The translations under genes were made by a program, and so were the position numbers. Below the pieces are notes generated by a model. It ran no database searches. It saw only the letters and a program-made list of their open reading frames with translations, and was not told the DNA's origin. Below, in pieces: positions 51,301 to 64,000 of a stretch of 64,000 bases of DNA. The number at the start of each line of letters is the position of its first letter. The stretch's first letter is position 1. Source of the DNA: Naegleria gruberi (Eukaryota); assembly GCA_000004985.1 (NCBI GenBank), contig GG738887.1, one strand, 5' to 3'.

Positions 51301-54300
51301 NNNNNNNNNNNNNNNNNNNNNNNNNNNNNNNNNNNNNNNNNNNNNNNNNNNNNNNNNNNNNNNNNNNNNNNNNNNNNNNNNNNNNNNNNNNNNNNNNNNN
51401 NNNNNNNNNNNNNNNNNNNNNNNNNNNNNNNNNNNNNNNNNNNNNNNNNNNNNNNNNNNNNNNNNNNNNNNNNNNNNNNNNNNNNNNNNNNNNNNNNNNN
51501 NNNNNNNNNNNNNNNNNNNNNNNNNNNNNNNNNNNNNNNNNNNNNNNNNNNNNNNNNNNNNNNNNNNNNNNNNNNNNNNNNNNNNNNNNNNNNNNNNNNN
51601 NNNNNNNNNNNNNNNNNNNNNNNNNNNNNNNNNNNNNNNNNNNNNNNNNNNNNNNNNNNNNNNNNNNNNNNNNNNNNNNNNNNNNNNNNNNNNNNNNNNN
51701 NNNNNNNNNNNNNNNNNNNNNNNNNNNNNNNNNNNNNNNNNNNNNNNNNNNNNNNNNNNNNNNNNNNNNNNNNNNNNNNNNNNNNNNNNNNNNNNNNNNN
51801 NNNNNNNNNNNNNNNNNNNNNNNNNNNNNNNNNNNNNNNNNNNNNNNNNNNNNNNNNNNNNNNNNNNNNNNNNNNNNNNNNNNNNNNNNNNNNNNNNNNN
51901 NNNNNNNNNNNNNNNNNNNNNNNNNNNNNNNNNNNNNNNNNNNNNNNNNNNNNNNNNNNNNNNNNNNNNNNNNNNNNNNNNNNNNNNNNNNNNNNNNNNN
52001 NNNNNNNNNNNNNNNNNNNNNNNNNNNNNNNNNNNNNNNNNNNNNNNNNNNNNNNNNNNNNNNNNNNNNNNNNNNNNNNNNNNNNNNNNNNNNNNNNNNN
52101 NNNNNNNNNNNNNNNNNNNNNNNNNNNNNNNNNNNNNNNNNNNNNNNNNNNNNNNNNNNNNNNNNNNNNNNNNNNNNNNNNNNNNNNNNNNNNNNNNNNN
52201 NNNNNNNNNNNNNNNNNNNNNNNNNNNNNNNNNNNNNNNNNNNNNNNNNNNNNNNNNNNNNNNNNNNNNNNNNNNNNNNNNNNNNNNNNNNNNNNNNNNN
52301 NNNNNNNNNNNNNNNNNNNNNNNNNNNNNNNNNNNNNNNNNNNNNNNNNNNNNNNNNNNNNNNNNNNNNNNNNNNNNNNNNNNNNNNNNNNNNNNNNNNN
52401 NNNNNNNNNNNNNNNNNNNNNNNNNNNNNNNNNNNNNNNNNNNNNNNNNNNNNNNNNNNNNNNNNNNNNNNNNNNNNNNNNNNNNNNNNNNNNNNNNNNN
52501 NNNNNNNNNNNNNNNNNNNNNNNNNNNNNNNNNNNNNNNNNNNNNNNNNNNNNNNNNNNNNNNNNNNNNNNNNNNNNNNNNNNNNNNNNNNNNNNNNNNN
52601 NNNNNNNNNNNNNNNNNNNNNNNNNNNNNNNNNNNNNNNNNNNNNNNNNNNNNNNNNNNNNNNNNNNNNNNNNNNNNNNNNNNNNNNNNNNNNNNNNNNN
52701 NNNNNNNNNNNNNNNNNNNNNNNNNNNNNNNNNNNNNNNNNNNNNNNNNNNNNNNNNNNNNNNNNNNNNNNNNNNNNNNNNNNNNNNNNNNNNNNNNNNN
52801 NNNNNNNNNNNNNNNNNNNNNNNNNNNNNNNNNNNNNNNNNNNNNNNNNNNNNNNNNNNNNNNNNNNNNNNNNNNNNNNNNNNNNNNNNNNNNNNNNNNN
52901 NNNNNNNNNNNNNNNNNNNNNNNNNNNNNNNNNNNNNNNNNNNNNNNNNNNNNNNNNNNNNNNNNNNNNNNNNNNNNNNNNNNNNNNNNNNNNNNNNNNN
53001 NNNNNNNNNNNNNNNNNNNNNNNNNNNNNNNNNNNNNNNNNNNNNNNNNNNNNNNNNNNNNNNNNNNNNNNNNNNNNNNNNNNNNNNNNNNNNNNNNNNN
53101 NNNNNNNNNNNNNNNNNNNNNNNNNNNNNNNNNNNNNNNNNNNNNNNNNNNNNNNNNNNNNNNNNNNNNNNNNNNNNNNNNNNNNNNNNNNNNNNNNNNN
53201 NNNNNNNNNNNNNNNNNNNNNNNNNNNNNNNNNNNNNNNNNNNNNNNNNNNNNNNNNNNNNNNNNNNNNNNNNNNNNNNNNNNNNNNNNNNNNNNNNNNN
53301 NNNNNNNNNNNNNNNNNNNNNNNNNNNNNNNNNNNNNNNNNNNNNNNNNNNNNNNNNNNNNNNNNNNNNNNNNNNNNNNNNNNNNNNNNNNNNNNNNNNN
53401 NNNNNNNNNNNNNNNNNNNNNNNNNNNNNNNNNNNNNNNNNNNNNNNNNNNNNNNNNNNNNNNNNNNNNNNNNNNNNNNNNNNNNNNNNNNNNNNNNNNN
53501 NNNNNNNNNNNNNNNNNNNNNNNNNNNNNNNNNNNNNNNNNNNNNNNNNNNNNNNNNNNNNNNNNNNNNNNNNNNNNNNNNNNNNNNNNNNNNNNNNNNN
53601 NNNNNNNNNNNNNNNNNNNNNNNNNNNNNNNNNNNNNNNNNNNNNNNNNNNNNNNNNNNNNNNNNNNNNNNNNNNNNNNNNNNNNNNNNNNNNNNNNNNN
53701 NNNNNNNNNNNNNNNNNNNNNNNNNNNNNNNNNNNNNNNNNNNNNNNNNNNNNNNNNNNNNNNNNNNNNNNNNNNNNNNNNNNNNNNNNNNNNNNNNNNN
53801 NNNNNNNNNNNNNNNNNNNNNNNNNNNNNNNNNNNNNNNNNNNNNNNNNNNNNNNNNNNNNNNNNNNNNNNNNNNNNNNNNNNNNNNNNNNNNNNNNNNN
53901 NNNNNNNNNNNNNNNNNNNNNNNNNNNNNNNNNNNNNNNNNNNNNNNNNNNNNNNNNNNNNNNNNNNNNNNNNNNNNNNNNNNNNNNNNNNNNNNNNNNN
54001 NNNNNNNNNNNNNNNNNNNNNNNNNNNNNNNNNNNNNNNNNNNNNNNNNNNNNNNNNNNNNNNNNNNNNNNNNNNNNNNNNNNNNNNNNNNNNNNNNNNN
54101 NNNNNNNNNNNNNNNNNNNNNNNNNNNNNNNNNNNNNNNNNNNNNNNNNNNNNNNNNNNNNNNNNNNNNNNNNNNNNNNNNNNNNNNNNNNNNNNNNNNN
54201 NNNNNNNNNNNNNNNNNNNNNNNNNNNNNNNNNNNNNNNNNNNNNNNNNNNNNNNNNNNNNNNNNNNNNNNNNNNNNNNNNNNNNNNNNNNNNNNNNNNN

Positions 54301-57300
54301 NNNNNNNNNNNNNNNNNNNNNNNNNNNNNNNNNNNNNNNNNNNNNNNNNNNNNNNNNNNNNNNNNNNNNNNNNNNNNNNNNNNNNNNNNNNNNNNNNNNN
54401 NNNNNNNNNNNNNNNNNNNNNNNNNNNNNNNNNNNNNNNNNNNNNNNNNNNNNNNNNNNNNNNNNNNNNNNNNNNNNNNNNNNNNNNNNNNNNNNNNNNN
54501 NNNNNNNNNNNNNNNNNNNNNNNNNNNNNNNNNNNNNNNNNNNNNNNNNNNNNNNNNNNNNNNNNNNNNNNNNNNNNNNNNNNNNNNNNNNNNNNNNNNN
54601 NNNNNNNNNNNNNNNNNNNNNNNNNNNNNNNNNNNNNNNNNNNNNNNNNNNNNNNNNNNNNNNNNNNNNNNNNNNNNNNNNNNNNNNNNNNNNNNNNNNN
54701 NNNNNNNNNNNNNNNNNNNNNNNNNNNNNNNNNNNNNNNNNNNNNNNNNNNNNNNNNNNNNNNNNNNNNNNNNNNNNNNNNNNNNNNNNNNNNNNNNNNN
54801 NNNNNNNNNNNNNNNNNNNNNNNNNNNNNNNNNNNNNNNNNNNNNNNNNNNNNNNNNNNNNNNNNNNNNNNNNNNNNNNNNNNNNNNNNNNNNNNNNNNN
54901 NNNNNNNNNNNNNNNNNNNNNNNNNNNNNNNNNNNNNNNNNNNNNNNNNNNNNNNNNNNNNNNNNNNNNNNNNNNNNNNNNNNNNNNNNNNNNNNNNNNN
55001 NNNNNNNNNNNNNNNNNNNNNNNNNNNNNNNNNNNNNNNNNNNNNNNNNNNNNNNNNNNNNNNNNNNNNNNNNNNNNNNNNNNNNNNNNNNNNNNNNNNN
55101 NNNNNNNNNNNNNNNNNNNNNNNNNNNNNNNNNNNNNNNNNNNNNNNNNNNNNNNNNNNNNNNNNNNNNNNNNNNNNNNNNNNNNNNNNNNNNNNNNNNN
55201 NNNNNNNNNNNNNNNNNNNNNNNNNNNNNNNNNNNNNNNNNNNNNNNNNNNNNNNNNNNNNNNNNNNNNNNNNNNNNNNNNNNNNNNNNNNNNNNNNNNN
55301 NNNNNNNNNNNNNNNNNNNNNNNNNNNNNNNNNNNNNNNNNNNNNNNNNNNNNNNNNNNNNNNNNNNNNNNNNNNNNNNNNNNNNNNNNNNNNNNNNNNN
55401 NNNNNNNNNNNNNNNNNNNNNNNNNNNNNNNNNNNNNNNNNNNNNNNNNNNNNNNNNNNNNNNNNNNNNNNNNNNNNNNNNNNNNNNNNNNNNNNNNNNN
55501 NNNNNNNNNNNNNNNNNNNNNNNNNNNNNNNNNNNNNNNNNNNNNNNNNNNNNNNNNNNNNNNNNNNNNNNNNNNNNNNNNNNNNNNNNNNNNNNNNNNN
55601 NNNNNNNNNNNNNNNNNNNNNNNNNNNNNNNNNNNNNNNNNNNNNNNNNNNNNNNNNNNNNNNNNNNNNNNNNNNNNNNNNNNNNNNNNNNNNNNNNNNN
55701 NNNNNNNNNNNNNNNNNNNNNNNNNNNNNNNNNNNNNNNNNNNNNNNNNNNNNNNNNNNNNNNNNNNNNNNNNNNNNNNNNNNNNNNNNNNNNNNNNNNN
55801 NNNNNNNNNNNNNNNNNNNNNNNNNNNNNNNNNNNNNNNNNNNNNNNNNNNNNNNNNNNNNNNNNNNNNNNNNNNNNNNNNNNNNNNNNNNNNNNNNNNN
55901 NNNNNNNNNNNNNNNNNNNNNNNNNNNNNNNNNNNNNNNNNNNNNNNNNNNNNNNNNNNNNNNNNNNNNNNNNNNNNNNNNNNNNNNNNNNNNNNNNNNN
56001 NNNNNNNNNNNNNNNNNNNNNNNNNNNNNNNNNNNNNNNNNNNNNNNNNNNNNNNNNNNNNNNNNNNNNNNNNNNNNNNNNNNNNNNNNNNNNNNNNNNN
56101 NNNNNNNNNNNNNNNNNNNNNNNNNNNNNNNNNNNNNNNNNNNNNNNNNNNNNNNNNNNNNNNNNNNNNNNNNNNNNNNNNNNNNNNNNNNNNNNNNNNN
56201 NNNNNNNNNNNNNNNNNNNNNNNNNNNNNNNNNNNNNNNNNNNNNNNNNNNNNNNNNNNNNNNNNNNNNNNNNNNNNNNNNNNNNNNNNNNNNNNNNNNN
56301 NNNNNNNNNNNNNNNNNNNNNNNNNNNNNNNNNNNNNNNNNNNNNNNNNNNNNNNNNNNNNNNNNNNNNNNNNNNNNNNNNNNNNNNNNNNNNNNNNNNN
56401 NNNNNNNNNNNNNNNNNNNNNNNNNNNNNNNNNNNNNNNNNNNNNNNNNNNNNNNNNNNNNNNNNNNNNNNNNNNNNNNNNNNNNNNNNNNNNNNNNNNN
56501 NNNNNNNNNNNNNNNNNNNNNNNNNNNNNNNNNNNNNNNNNNNNNNNNNNNNNNNNNNNNNNNNNNNNNNNNNNNNNNNNNNNNNNNNNNNNNNNNNNNN
56601 NNNNNNNNNNNNNNNNNNNNNNNNNNNNNNNNNNNNNNNNNNNNNNNNNNNNNNNNNNNNNNNNNNNNNNNNNNNNNNNNNNNNNNNNNNNNNNNNNNNN
56701 NNNNNNNNNNNNNNNNNNNNNNNNNNNNNNNNNNNNNNNNNNNNNNNNNNNNNNNNNNNNNNNNNNNNNNNNNNNNNNNNNNNNNNNNNNNNNNNNNNNN
56801 NNNNNNNNNNNNNNNNNNNNNNNNNNNNNNNNNNNNNNNNNNNNNNNNNNNNNNNNNNNNNNNNNNNNNNNNNNNNNNNNNNNNNNNNNNNNNNNNNNNN
56901 NNNNNNNNNNNNNNNNNNNNNNNNNNNNNNNNNNNNNNNNNNNNNNNNNNNNNNNNNNNNNNNNNNNNNNNNNNNNNNNNNNNNNNNNNNNNNNNNNNNN
57001 NNNNNNNNNNNNNNNNNNNNNNNNNNNNNNNNNNNNNNNNNNNNNNNNNNNNNNNNNNNNNNNNNNNNNNNNNNNNNNNNNNNNNNNNNNNNNNNNNNNN
57101 NNNNNNNNNNNNNNNNNNNNNNNNNNNNNNNNNNNNNNNNNNNNNNNNNNNNNNNNNNNNNNNNNNNNNNNNNNNNNNNNNNNNNNNNNNNNNNNNNNNN
57201 NNNNNNNNNNNNNNNNNNNNNNNNNNNNNNNNNNNNNNNNNNNNNNNNNNNNNNNNNNNNNNNNNNNNNNNNNNNNNNNNNNNNNNNNNNNNNNNNNNNN

Positions 57301-60300
57301 NNNNNNNNNNNNNNNNNNNNNNNNNNNNNNNNNNNNNNNNNNNNNNNNNNNNNNNNNNNNNNNNNNNNNNNNNNNNNNNNNNNNNNNNNNNNNNNNNNNN
57401 NNNNNNNNNNNNNNNNNNNNNNNNNNNNNNNNNNNNNNNNNNNNNNNNNNNNNNNNNNNNNNNNNNNNNNNNNNNNNNNNNNNNNNNNNNNNNNNNNNNN
57501 NNNNNNNNNNNNNNNNNNNNNNNNNNNNNNNNNNNNNNNNNNNNNNNNNNNNNNNNNNNNNNNNNNNNNNNNNNNNNNNNNNNNNNNNNNNNNNNNNNNN
57601 NNNNNNNNNNNNNNNNNNNNNNNNNNNNNNNNNNNNNNNNNNNNNNNNNNNNNNNNNNNNNNNNNNNNNNNNNNNNNNNNNNNNNNNNNNNNNNNNNNNN
57701 NNNNNNNNNNNNNNNNNNNNNNNNNNNNNNNNNNNNNNNNNNNNNNNNNNNNNNNNNNNNNNNNNNNNNNNNNNNNNNNNNNNNNNNNNNNNNNNNNNNN
57801 NNNNNNNNNNNNNNNNNNNNNNNNNNNNNNNNNNNNNNNNNNNNNNNNNNNNNNNNNNNNNNNNNNNNNNNNNNNNNNNNNNNNNNNNNNNNNNNNNNNN
57901 NNNNNNNNNNNNNNNNNNNNNNNNNNNNNNNNNNNNNNNNNNNNNNNNNNNNNNNNNNNNNNNNNNNNNNNNNNNNNNNNNNNNNNNNNNNNNNNNNNNN
58001 NNNNNNNNNNNNNNNNNNNNNNNNNNNNNNNNNNNNNNNNNNNNNNNNNNNNNNNNNNNNNNNNNNNNNNNNNNNNNNNNNNNNNNNNNNNNNNNNNNNN
58101 NNNNNNNNNNNNNNNNNNNNNNNNNNNNNNNNNNNNNNNNNNNNNNNNNNNNNNNNNNNNNNNNNNNNNNNNNNNNNNNNNNNNNNNNNNNNNNNNNNNN
58201 NNNNNNNNNNNNNNNNNNNNNNNNNNNNNNNNNNNNNNNNNNNNNNNNNNNNNNNNNNNNNNNNNNNNNNNNNNNNNNNNNNNNNNNNNNNNNNNNNNNN
58301 NNNNNNNNNNNNNNNNNNNNNNNNNNNNNNNNNNNNNNNNNNNNNNNNNNNNNNNNNNNNNNNNNNNNNNNNNNNNNNNNNNNNNNNNNNNNNNNNNNNN
58401 NNNNNNNNNNNNNNNNNNNNNNNNNNNNNNNNNNNNNNNNNNNNNNNNNNNNNNNNNNNNNNNNNNNNNNNNNNNNNNNNNNNNNNNNNNNNNNNNNNNN
58501 NNNNNNNNNNNNNNNNNNNNNNNNNNNNNNNNNNNNNNNNNNNNNNNNNNNNNNNNNNNNNNNNNNNNNNNNNNNNNNNNNNNNNNNNNNNNNNNNNNNN
58601 NNNNNNNNNNNNNNNNNNNNNNNNNNNNNNNNNNNNNNNNNNNNNNNNNNNNNNNNNNNNNNNNNNNNNNNNNNNNNNNNNNNNNNNNNNNNNNNNNNNN
58701 NNNNNNNNNNNNNNNNNNNNNNNNNNNNNNNNNNNNNNNNNNNNNNNNNNNNNNNNNNNNNNNNNNNNNNNNNNNNNNNNNNNNNNNNNNNNNNNNNNNN
58801 NNNNNNNNNNNNNNNNNNNNNNNNNNNNNNNNNNNNNNNNNNNNNNNNNNNNNNNNNNNNNNNNNNNNNNNNNNNNNNNNNNNNNNNNNNNNNNNNNNNN
58901 NNNNNNNNNNNNNNNNNNNNNNNNNNNNNNNNNNNNNNNNNNNNNNNNNNNNNNNNNNNNNNNNNNNNNNNNNNNNNNNNNNNNNNNNNNNNNNNNNNNN
59001 NNNNNNNNNNNNNNNNNNNNNNNNNNNNNNNNNNNNNNNNNNNNNNNNNNNNNNNNNNNNNNNNNNNNNNNNNNNNNNNNNNNNNNNNNNNNNNNNNNNN
59101 NNNNNNNNNNNNNNNNNNNNNNNNNNNNNNNNNNNNNNNNNNNNNNNNNNNNNNNNNNNNNNNNNNNNNNNNNNNNNNNNNNNNNNNNNNNNNNNNNNNN
59201 NNNNNNNNNNNNNNNNNNNNNNNNNNNNNNNNNNNNNNNNNNNNNNNNNNNNNNNNNNNNNNNNNNNNNNNNNNNNNNNNNNNNNNNNNNNNNNNNNNNN
59301 NNNNNNNNNNNNNNNNNNNNNNNNNNNNNNNNNNNNNNNNNNNNNNNNNNNNNNNNNNNNNNNNNNNNNNNNNNNNNNNNNNNNNNNNNNNNNNNNNNNN
59401 NNNNNNNNNNNNNNNNNNNNNNNNNNNNNNNNNNNNNNNNNNNNNNNNNNNNNNNNNNNNNNNNNNNNNNNNNNNNNNNNNNNNNNNNNNNNNNNNNNNN
59501 NNNNNNNNNNNNNNNNNNNNNNNNNNNNNNNNNNNNNNNNNNNNNNNNNNNNNNNNNNNNNNNNNNNNNNNNNNNNNNNNNNNNNNNNNNNNNNNNNNNN
59601 NNNNNNNNNNNNNNNNNNNNNNNNNNNNNNNNNNNNNNNNNNNNNNNNNNNNNNNNNNNNNNNNNNNNNNNNNNNNNNNNNNNNNNNNNNNNNNNNNNNN
59701 NNNNNNNNNNNNNNNNNNNNNNNNNNNNNNNNNNNNNNNNNNNNNNNNNNNNNNNNNNNNNNNNNNNNNNNNNNNNNNNNNNNNNNNNNNNNNNNNNNNN
59801 NNNNNNNNNNNNNNNNNNNNNNNNNNNNNNNNNNNNNNNNNNNNNNNNNNNNNNNNNNNNNNNNNNNNNNNNNNNNNNNNNNNNNNNNNNNNNNNNNNNN
59901 NNNNNNNNNNNNNNNNNNNNNNNNNNNNNNNNNNNNNNNNNNNNNNNNNNNNNNNNNNNNNNNNNNNNNNNNNNNNNNNNNNNNNNNNNNNNNNNNNNNN
60001 NNNNNNNNNNNNNNNNNNNNNNNNNNNNNNNNNNNNNNNNNNNNNNNNNNNNNNNNNNNNNNNNNNNNNNNNNNNNNNNNNNNNNNNNNNNNNNNNNNNN
60101 NNNNNNNNNNNNNNNNNNNNNNNNNNNNNNNNNNNNNNNNNNNNNNNNNNNNNNNNNNNNNNNNNNNNNNNNNNNNNNNNNNNNNNNNNNNNNNNNNNNN
60201 NNNNNNNNNNNNNNNNNNNNNNNNNNNNNNNNNNNNNNNNNNNNNNNNNNNNNNNNNNNNNNNNNNNNNNNNNNNNNNNNNNNNNNNNNNNNNNNNNNNN

Positions 60301-63300
60301 NNNNNNNNNNNNNNNNNNNNNNNNNNNNNNNNNNNNNNNNNNNNNNNNNNNNNNNNNNNNNNNNNNNNNNNNNNNNNNNNNNNNNNNNNNNNNNNNNNNN
60401 NNNNNNNNNNNNNNNNNNNNNNNNNNNNNNNNNNNNNNNNNNNNNNNNNNNNNNNNNNNNNNNNNNNNNNNNNNNNNNNNNNNNNNNNNNNNNNNNNNNN
60501 NNNNNNNNNNNNNNNNNNNNNNNNNNNNNNNNNNNNNNNNNNNNNNNNNNNNNNNNNNNNNNNNNNNNNNNNNNNNNNNNNNNNNNNNNNNNNNNNNNNN
60601 NNNNNNNNNNNNNNNNNNNNNNNNNNNNNNNNNNNNNNNNNNNNNNNNNNNNNNNNNNNNNNNNNNNNNNNNNNNNNNNNNNNNNNNNNNNNNNNNNNNN
60701 NNNNNNNNNNNNNNNNNNNNNNNNNNNNNNNNNNNNNNNNNNNNNNNNNNNNNNNNNNNNNNNNNNNNNNNNNNNNNNNNNNNNNNNNNNNNNNNNNNNN
60801 NNNNNNNNNNNNNNNNNNNNNNNNNNNNNNNNNNNNNNNNNNNNNNNNNNNNNNNNNNNNNNNNNNNNNNNNNNNNNNNNNNNNNNNNNNNNNNNNNNNN
60901 NNNNNNNNNNNNNNNNNNNNNNNNNNNNNNNNNNNNNNNNNNNNNNNNNNNNNNNNNNNNNNNNNNNNNNNNNNNNNNNNNNNNNNNNNNNNNNNNNNNN
61001 NNNNNNNNNNNNNNNNNNNNNNNNNNNNNNNNNNNNNNNNNNNNNNNNNNNNNNNNNNNNNNNNNNNNNNNNNNNNNNNNNNNNNNNNNNNNNNNNNNNN
61101 NNNNNNNNNNNNNNNNNNNNNNNNNNNNNNNNNNNNNNNNNNNNNNNNNNNNNNNNNNNNNNNNNNNNNNNNNNNNNNNNNNNNNNNNNNNNNNNNNNNN
61201 NNNNNNNNNNNNNNNNNNNNNNNNNNNNNNNNNNNNNNNNNNNNNNNNNNNNNNNNNNNNNNNNNNNNNNNNNNNNNNNNNNNNNNNNNNNNNNNNNNNN
61301 NNNNNNNNNNNNNNNNNNNNNNNNNNNNNNNNNNNNNNNNNNNNNNNNNNNNNNNNNNNNNNNNNNNNNNNNNNNNNNNNNNNNNNNNNNNNNNNNNNNN
61401 NNNNNNNNNNNNNNNNNNNNNNNNNNNNNNNNNNNNNNNNNNNNNNNNNNNNNNNNNNNNNNNNNNNNNNNNNNNNNNNNNNNNNNNNNNNNNNNNNNNN
61501 NNNNNNNNNNNNNNNNNNNNNNNNNNNNNNNNNNNNNNNNNNNNNNNNNNNNNNNNNNNNNNNNNNNNNNNNNNNNNNNNNNNNNNNNNNNNNNNNNNNN
61601 NNNNNNNNNNNNNNNNNNNNNNNNNNNNNNNNNNNNNNNNNNNNNNNNNNNNNNNNNNNNNNNNNNNNNNNNNNNNNNNNNNNNNNNNNNNNNNNNNNNN
61701 NNNNNNNNNNNNNNNNNNNNNNNNNNNNNNNNNNNNNNNNNNNNNNNNNNNNNNNNNNNNNNNNNNNNNNNNNNNNNNNNNNNNNNNNNNNNNNNNNNNN
61801 NNNNNNNNNNNNNNNNNNNNNNNNNNNNNNNNNNNNNNNNNNNNNNNNNNNNNNNNNNNNNNNNNNNNNNNNNNNNNNNNNNNNNNNNNNNNNNNNNNNN
61901 NNNNNNNNNNNNNNNNNNNNNNNNNNNNNNNNNNNNNNNNNNNNNNNNNNNNNNNNNNNNNNNNNNNNNNNNNNNNNNNNNNNNNNNNNNNNNNNNNNNN
62001 NNNNNNNNNNNNNNNNNNNNNNNNNNNNNNNNNNNNNNNNNNNNNNNNNNNNNNNNNNNNNNNNNNNNNNNNNNNNNNNNNNNNNNNNNNNNNNNNNNNN
62101 NNNNNNNNNNNNNNNNNNNNNNNNNNNNNNNNNNNNNNNNNNNNNNNNNNNNNNNNNNNNNNNNNNNNNNNNNNNNNNNNNNNNNNNNNNNNNNNNNNNN
62201 NNNNNNNNNNNNNNNNNNNNNNNNNNNNNNNNNNNNNNNNNNNNNNNNNNNNNNNNNNNNNNNNNNNNNNNNNNNNNNNNNNNNNNNNNNNNNNNNNNNN
62301 NNNNNNNNNNNNNNNNNNNNNNNNNNNNNNNNNNNNNNNNNNNNNNNNNNNNNNNNNNNNNNNNNNNNNNNNNNNNNNNNNNNNNNNNNNNNNNNNNNNN
62401 NNNNNNNNNNNNNNNNNNNNNNNNNNNNNNNNNNNNNNNNNNNNNNNNNNNNNNNNNNNNNNNNNNNNNNNNNNNNNNNNNNNNNNNNNNNNNNNNNNNN
62501 NNNNNNNNNNNNNNNNNNNNNNNNNNNNNNNNNNNNNNNNNNNNNNNNNNNNNNNNNNNNNNNNNNNNNNNNNNNNNNNNNNNNNNNNNNNNNNNNNNNN
62601 NNNNNNNNNNNNNNNNNNNNNNNNNNNNNNNNNNNNNNNNNNNNNNNNNNNNNNNNNNNNNNNNNNNNNNNNNNNNNNNNNNNNNNNNNNNNNNNNNNNN
62701 NNNNNNNNNNNNNNNNNNNNNNNNNNNNNNNNNNNNNNNNNNNNNNNNNNNNNNNNNNNNNNNNNNNNNNNNNNNNNNNNNNNNNNNNNNNNNNNNNNNN
62801 NNNNNNNNNNNNNNNNNNNNNNNNNNNNNNNNNNNNNNNNNNNNNNNNNNNNNNNNNNNNNNNNNNNNNNNNNNNNNNNNNNNNNNNNNNNNNNNNNNNN
62901 NNNNNNNNNNNNNNNNNNNNNNNNNNNNNNNNNNNNNNNNNNNNNNNNNNNNNNNNNNNNNNNNNNNNNNNNNNNNNNNNNNNNNNNNNNNNNNNNNNNN
63001 NNNNNNNNNNNNNNNNNNNNNNNNNNNNNNNNNNNNNNNNNNNNNNNNNNNNNNNNNNNNNNNNNNNNNNNNNNNNNNNNNNNNNNNNNNNNNNNNNNNN
63101 NNNNNNNNNNNNNNNNNNNNNNNNNNNNNNNNNNNNNNNNNNNNNNNNNNNNNNNNNNNNNNNNNNNNNNNNNNNNNNNNNNNNNNNNNNNNNNNNNNNN
63201 NNNNNNNNNNNNNNNNNNNNNNNNNNNNNNNNNNNNNNNNNNNNNNNNNNNNNNNNNNNNNNNNNNNNNNNNNNNNNNNNNNNNNNNNNNNNNNNNNNNN

Positions 63301-64000
63301 NNNNNNNNNNNNNNNNNNNNNNNNNNNNNNNNNNNNNNNNNNNNNNNNNNNNNNNNNNNNNNNNNNNNNNNNNNNNNNNNNNNNNNNNNNNNNNNNNNNN
63401 NNNNNNNNNNNNNNNNNNNNNNNNNNNNNNNNNNNNNNNNNNNNNNNNNNNNNNNNNNNNNNNNNNNNNNNNNNNNNNNNNNNNNNNNNNNNNNNNNNNN
63501 NNNNNNNNNNNNNNNNNNNNNNNNNNNNNNNNNNNNNNNNNNNNNNNNNNNNNNNNNNNNNNNNNNNNNNNNNNNNNNNNNNNNNNNNNNNNNNNNNNNN
63601 NNNNNNNNNNNNNNNNNNNNNNNNNNNNNNNNNNNNNNNNNNNNNNNNNNNNNNNNNNNNNNNNNNNNNNNNNNNNNNNNNNNNNNNNNNNNNNNNNNNN
63701 NNNNNNNNNNNNNNNNNNNNNNNNNNNNNNNNNNNNNNNNNNNNNNNNNNNNNNNNNNNNNNNNNNNNNNNNNNNNNNNNNNNNNNNNNNNNNNNNNNNN
63801 NNNNNNNNNNNNNNNNNNNNNNNNNNNNNNNNNNNNNNNNNNNNNNNNNNNNNNNNNNNNNNNNNNNNNNNNNNNNNNNNNNNNNNNNNNNNNNNNNNNN
63901 NNNNNNNNNNNNNNNNNNNNNNNNNNNNNNNNNNNNNNNNNNNNNNNNNNNNNNNNNNNNNNNNNNNNNNNNNNNNNNNNNNNNNNNNNNNNNNNNNNNN
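30365..64000. other. Assembly gap / unsequenced region (33,636 N)
   Basis: From 30365 to the end of the window every base is n, so nothing can be annotated there. Confidence 1.

Overview
Only positions 1..30364 are real sequence. Positions 30365..64000 are a single run of N (33,636 nt), and a second 50-N gap sits at 29186..29235. The sequenced 30.4 kb is AT-rich, gene-dense eukaryotic nuclear DNA. Its features fit a dictyostelid social amoeba: short GT..AG introns of 47-133 nt, A-rich context before ATG, and in-frame TCA/CAA/TTG codon repeats giving poly-Ser/Gln/Thr tracts. Several genes match dictyostelid-typical families: an LRR plus dual-specificity phosphatase 'MPL' architecture, a TPP1-type sedolisin and an ABCG transporter. 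The AT content looks lower than D. discoideum, so this is probably another dictyostelid. That taxon call is inference from composition and gene content. There are no rRNA or tRNA genes, no CRISPR array and no prokaryotic operon organisation. The computed ORF track accepts TTG/GTG as starts; I checked each start on the sequence and moved it to the first ATG where needed. I support about 19 protein-coding genes on both strands, with intergenic spacers from 45 to about 950 bp. In order they are: (1) an NHL-repeat protein, (2) an NmrA/epimerase-like Rossmann protein, (3) an ABCG half-transporter with an about 950-aa N-terminal Cys-rich ectodomain and one 52-nt intron, (4) a signal-peptide kelch propeller with a C-terminal hydrophobic tail, (5) a TPP1-like sedolisin with 3 introns, (6) a BTB-like protein, (7) an LRR dual-specificity phosphatase, (8) a DUF4116-repeat protein, (9) two ORFs without ATG that may be pseudogene or exon fragments, (10) a small Cys-rich 4-TM protein, (11) and (12) a head-to-head pair of paralogous 4-TM proteins, (13) a START-domain protein with one intron, (14) a 951-aa coiled-coil protein, (15) a Ser-rich small ORF, (16) a tail-anchored coiled-coil ORF next to the 50-N gap and (17) an Arf-like GTPase. 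The most unusual items are the ABCG ectodomain fusion, the divergent paralog pair of an unrecognised membrane-protein family, and an intergenic cluster of CRE-type TGACGTCA palindromes that includes a 38-42 bp palindrome.
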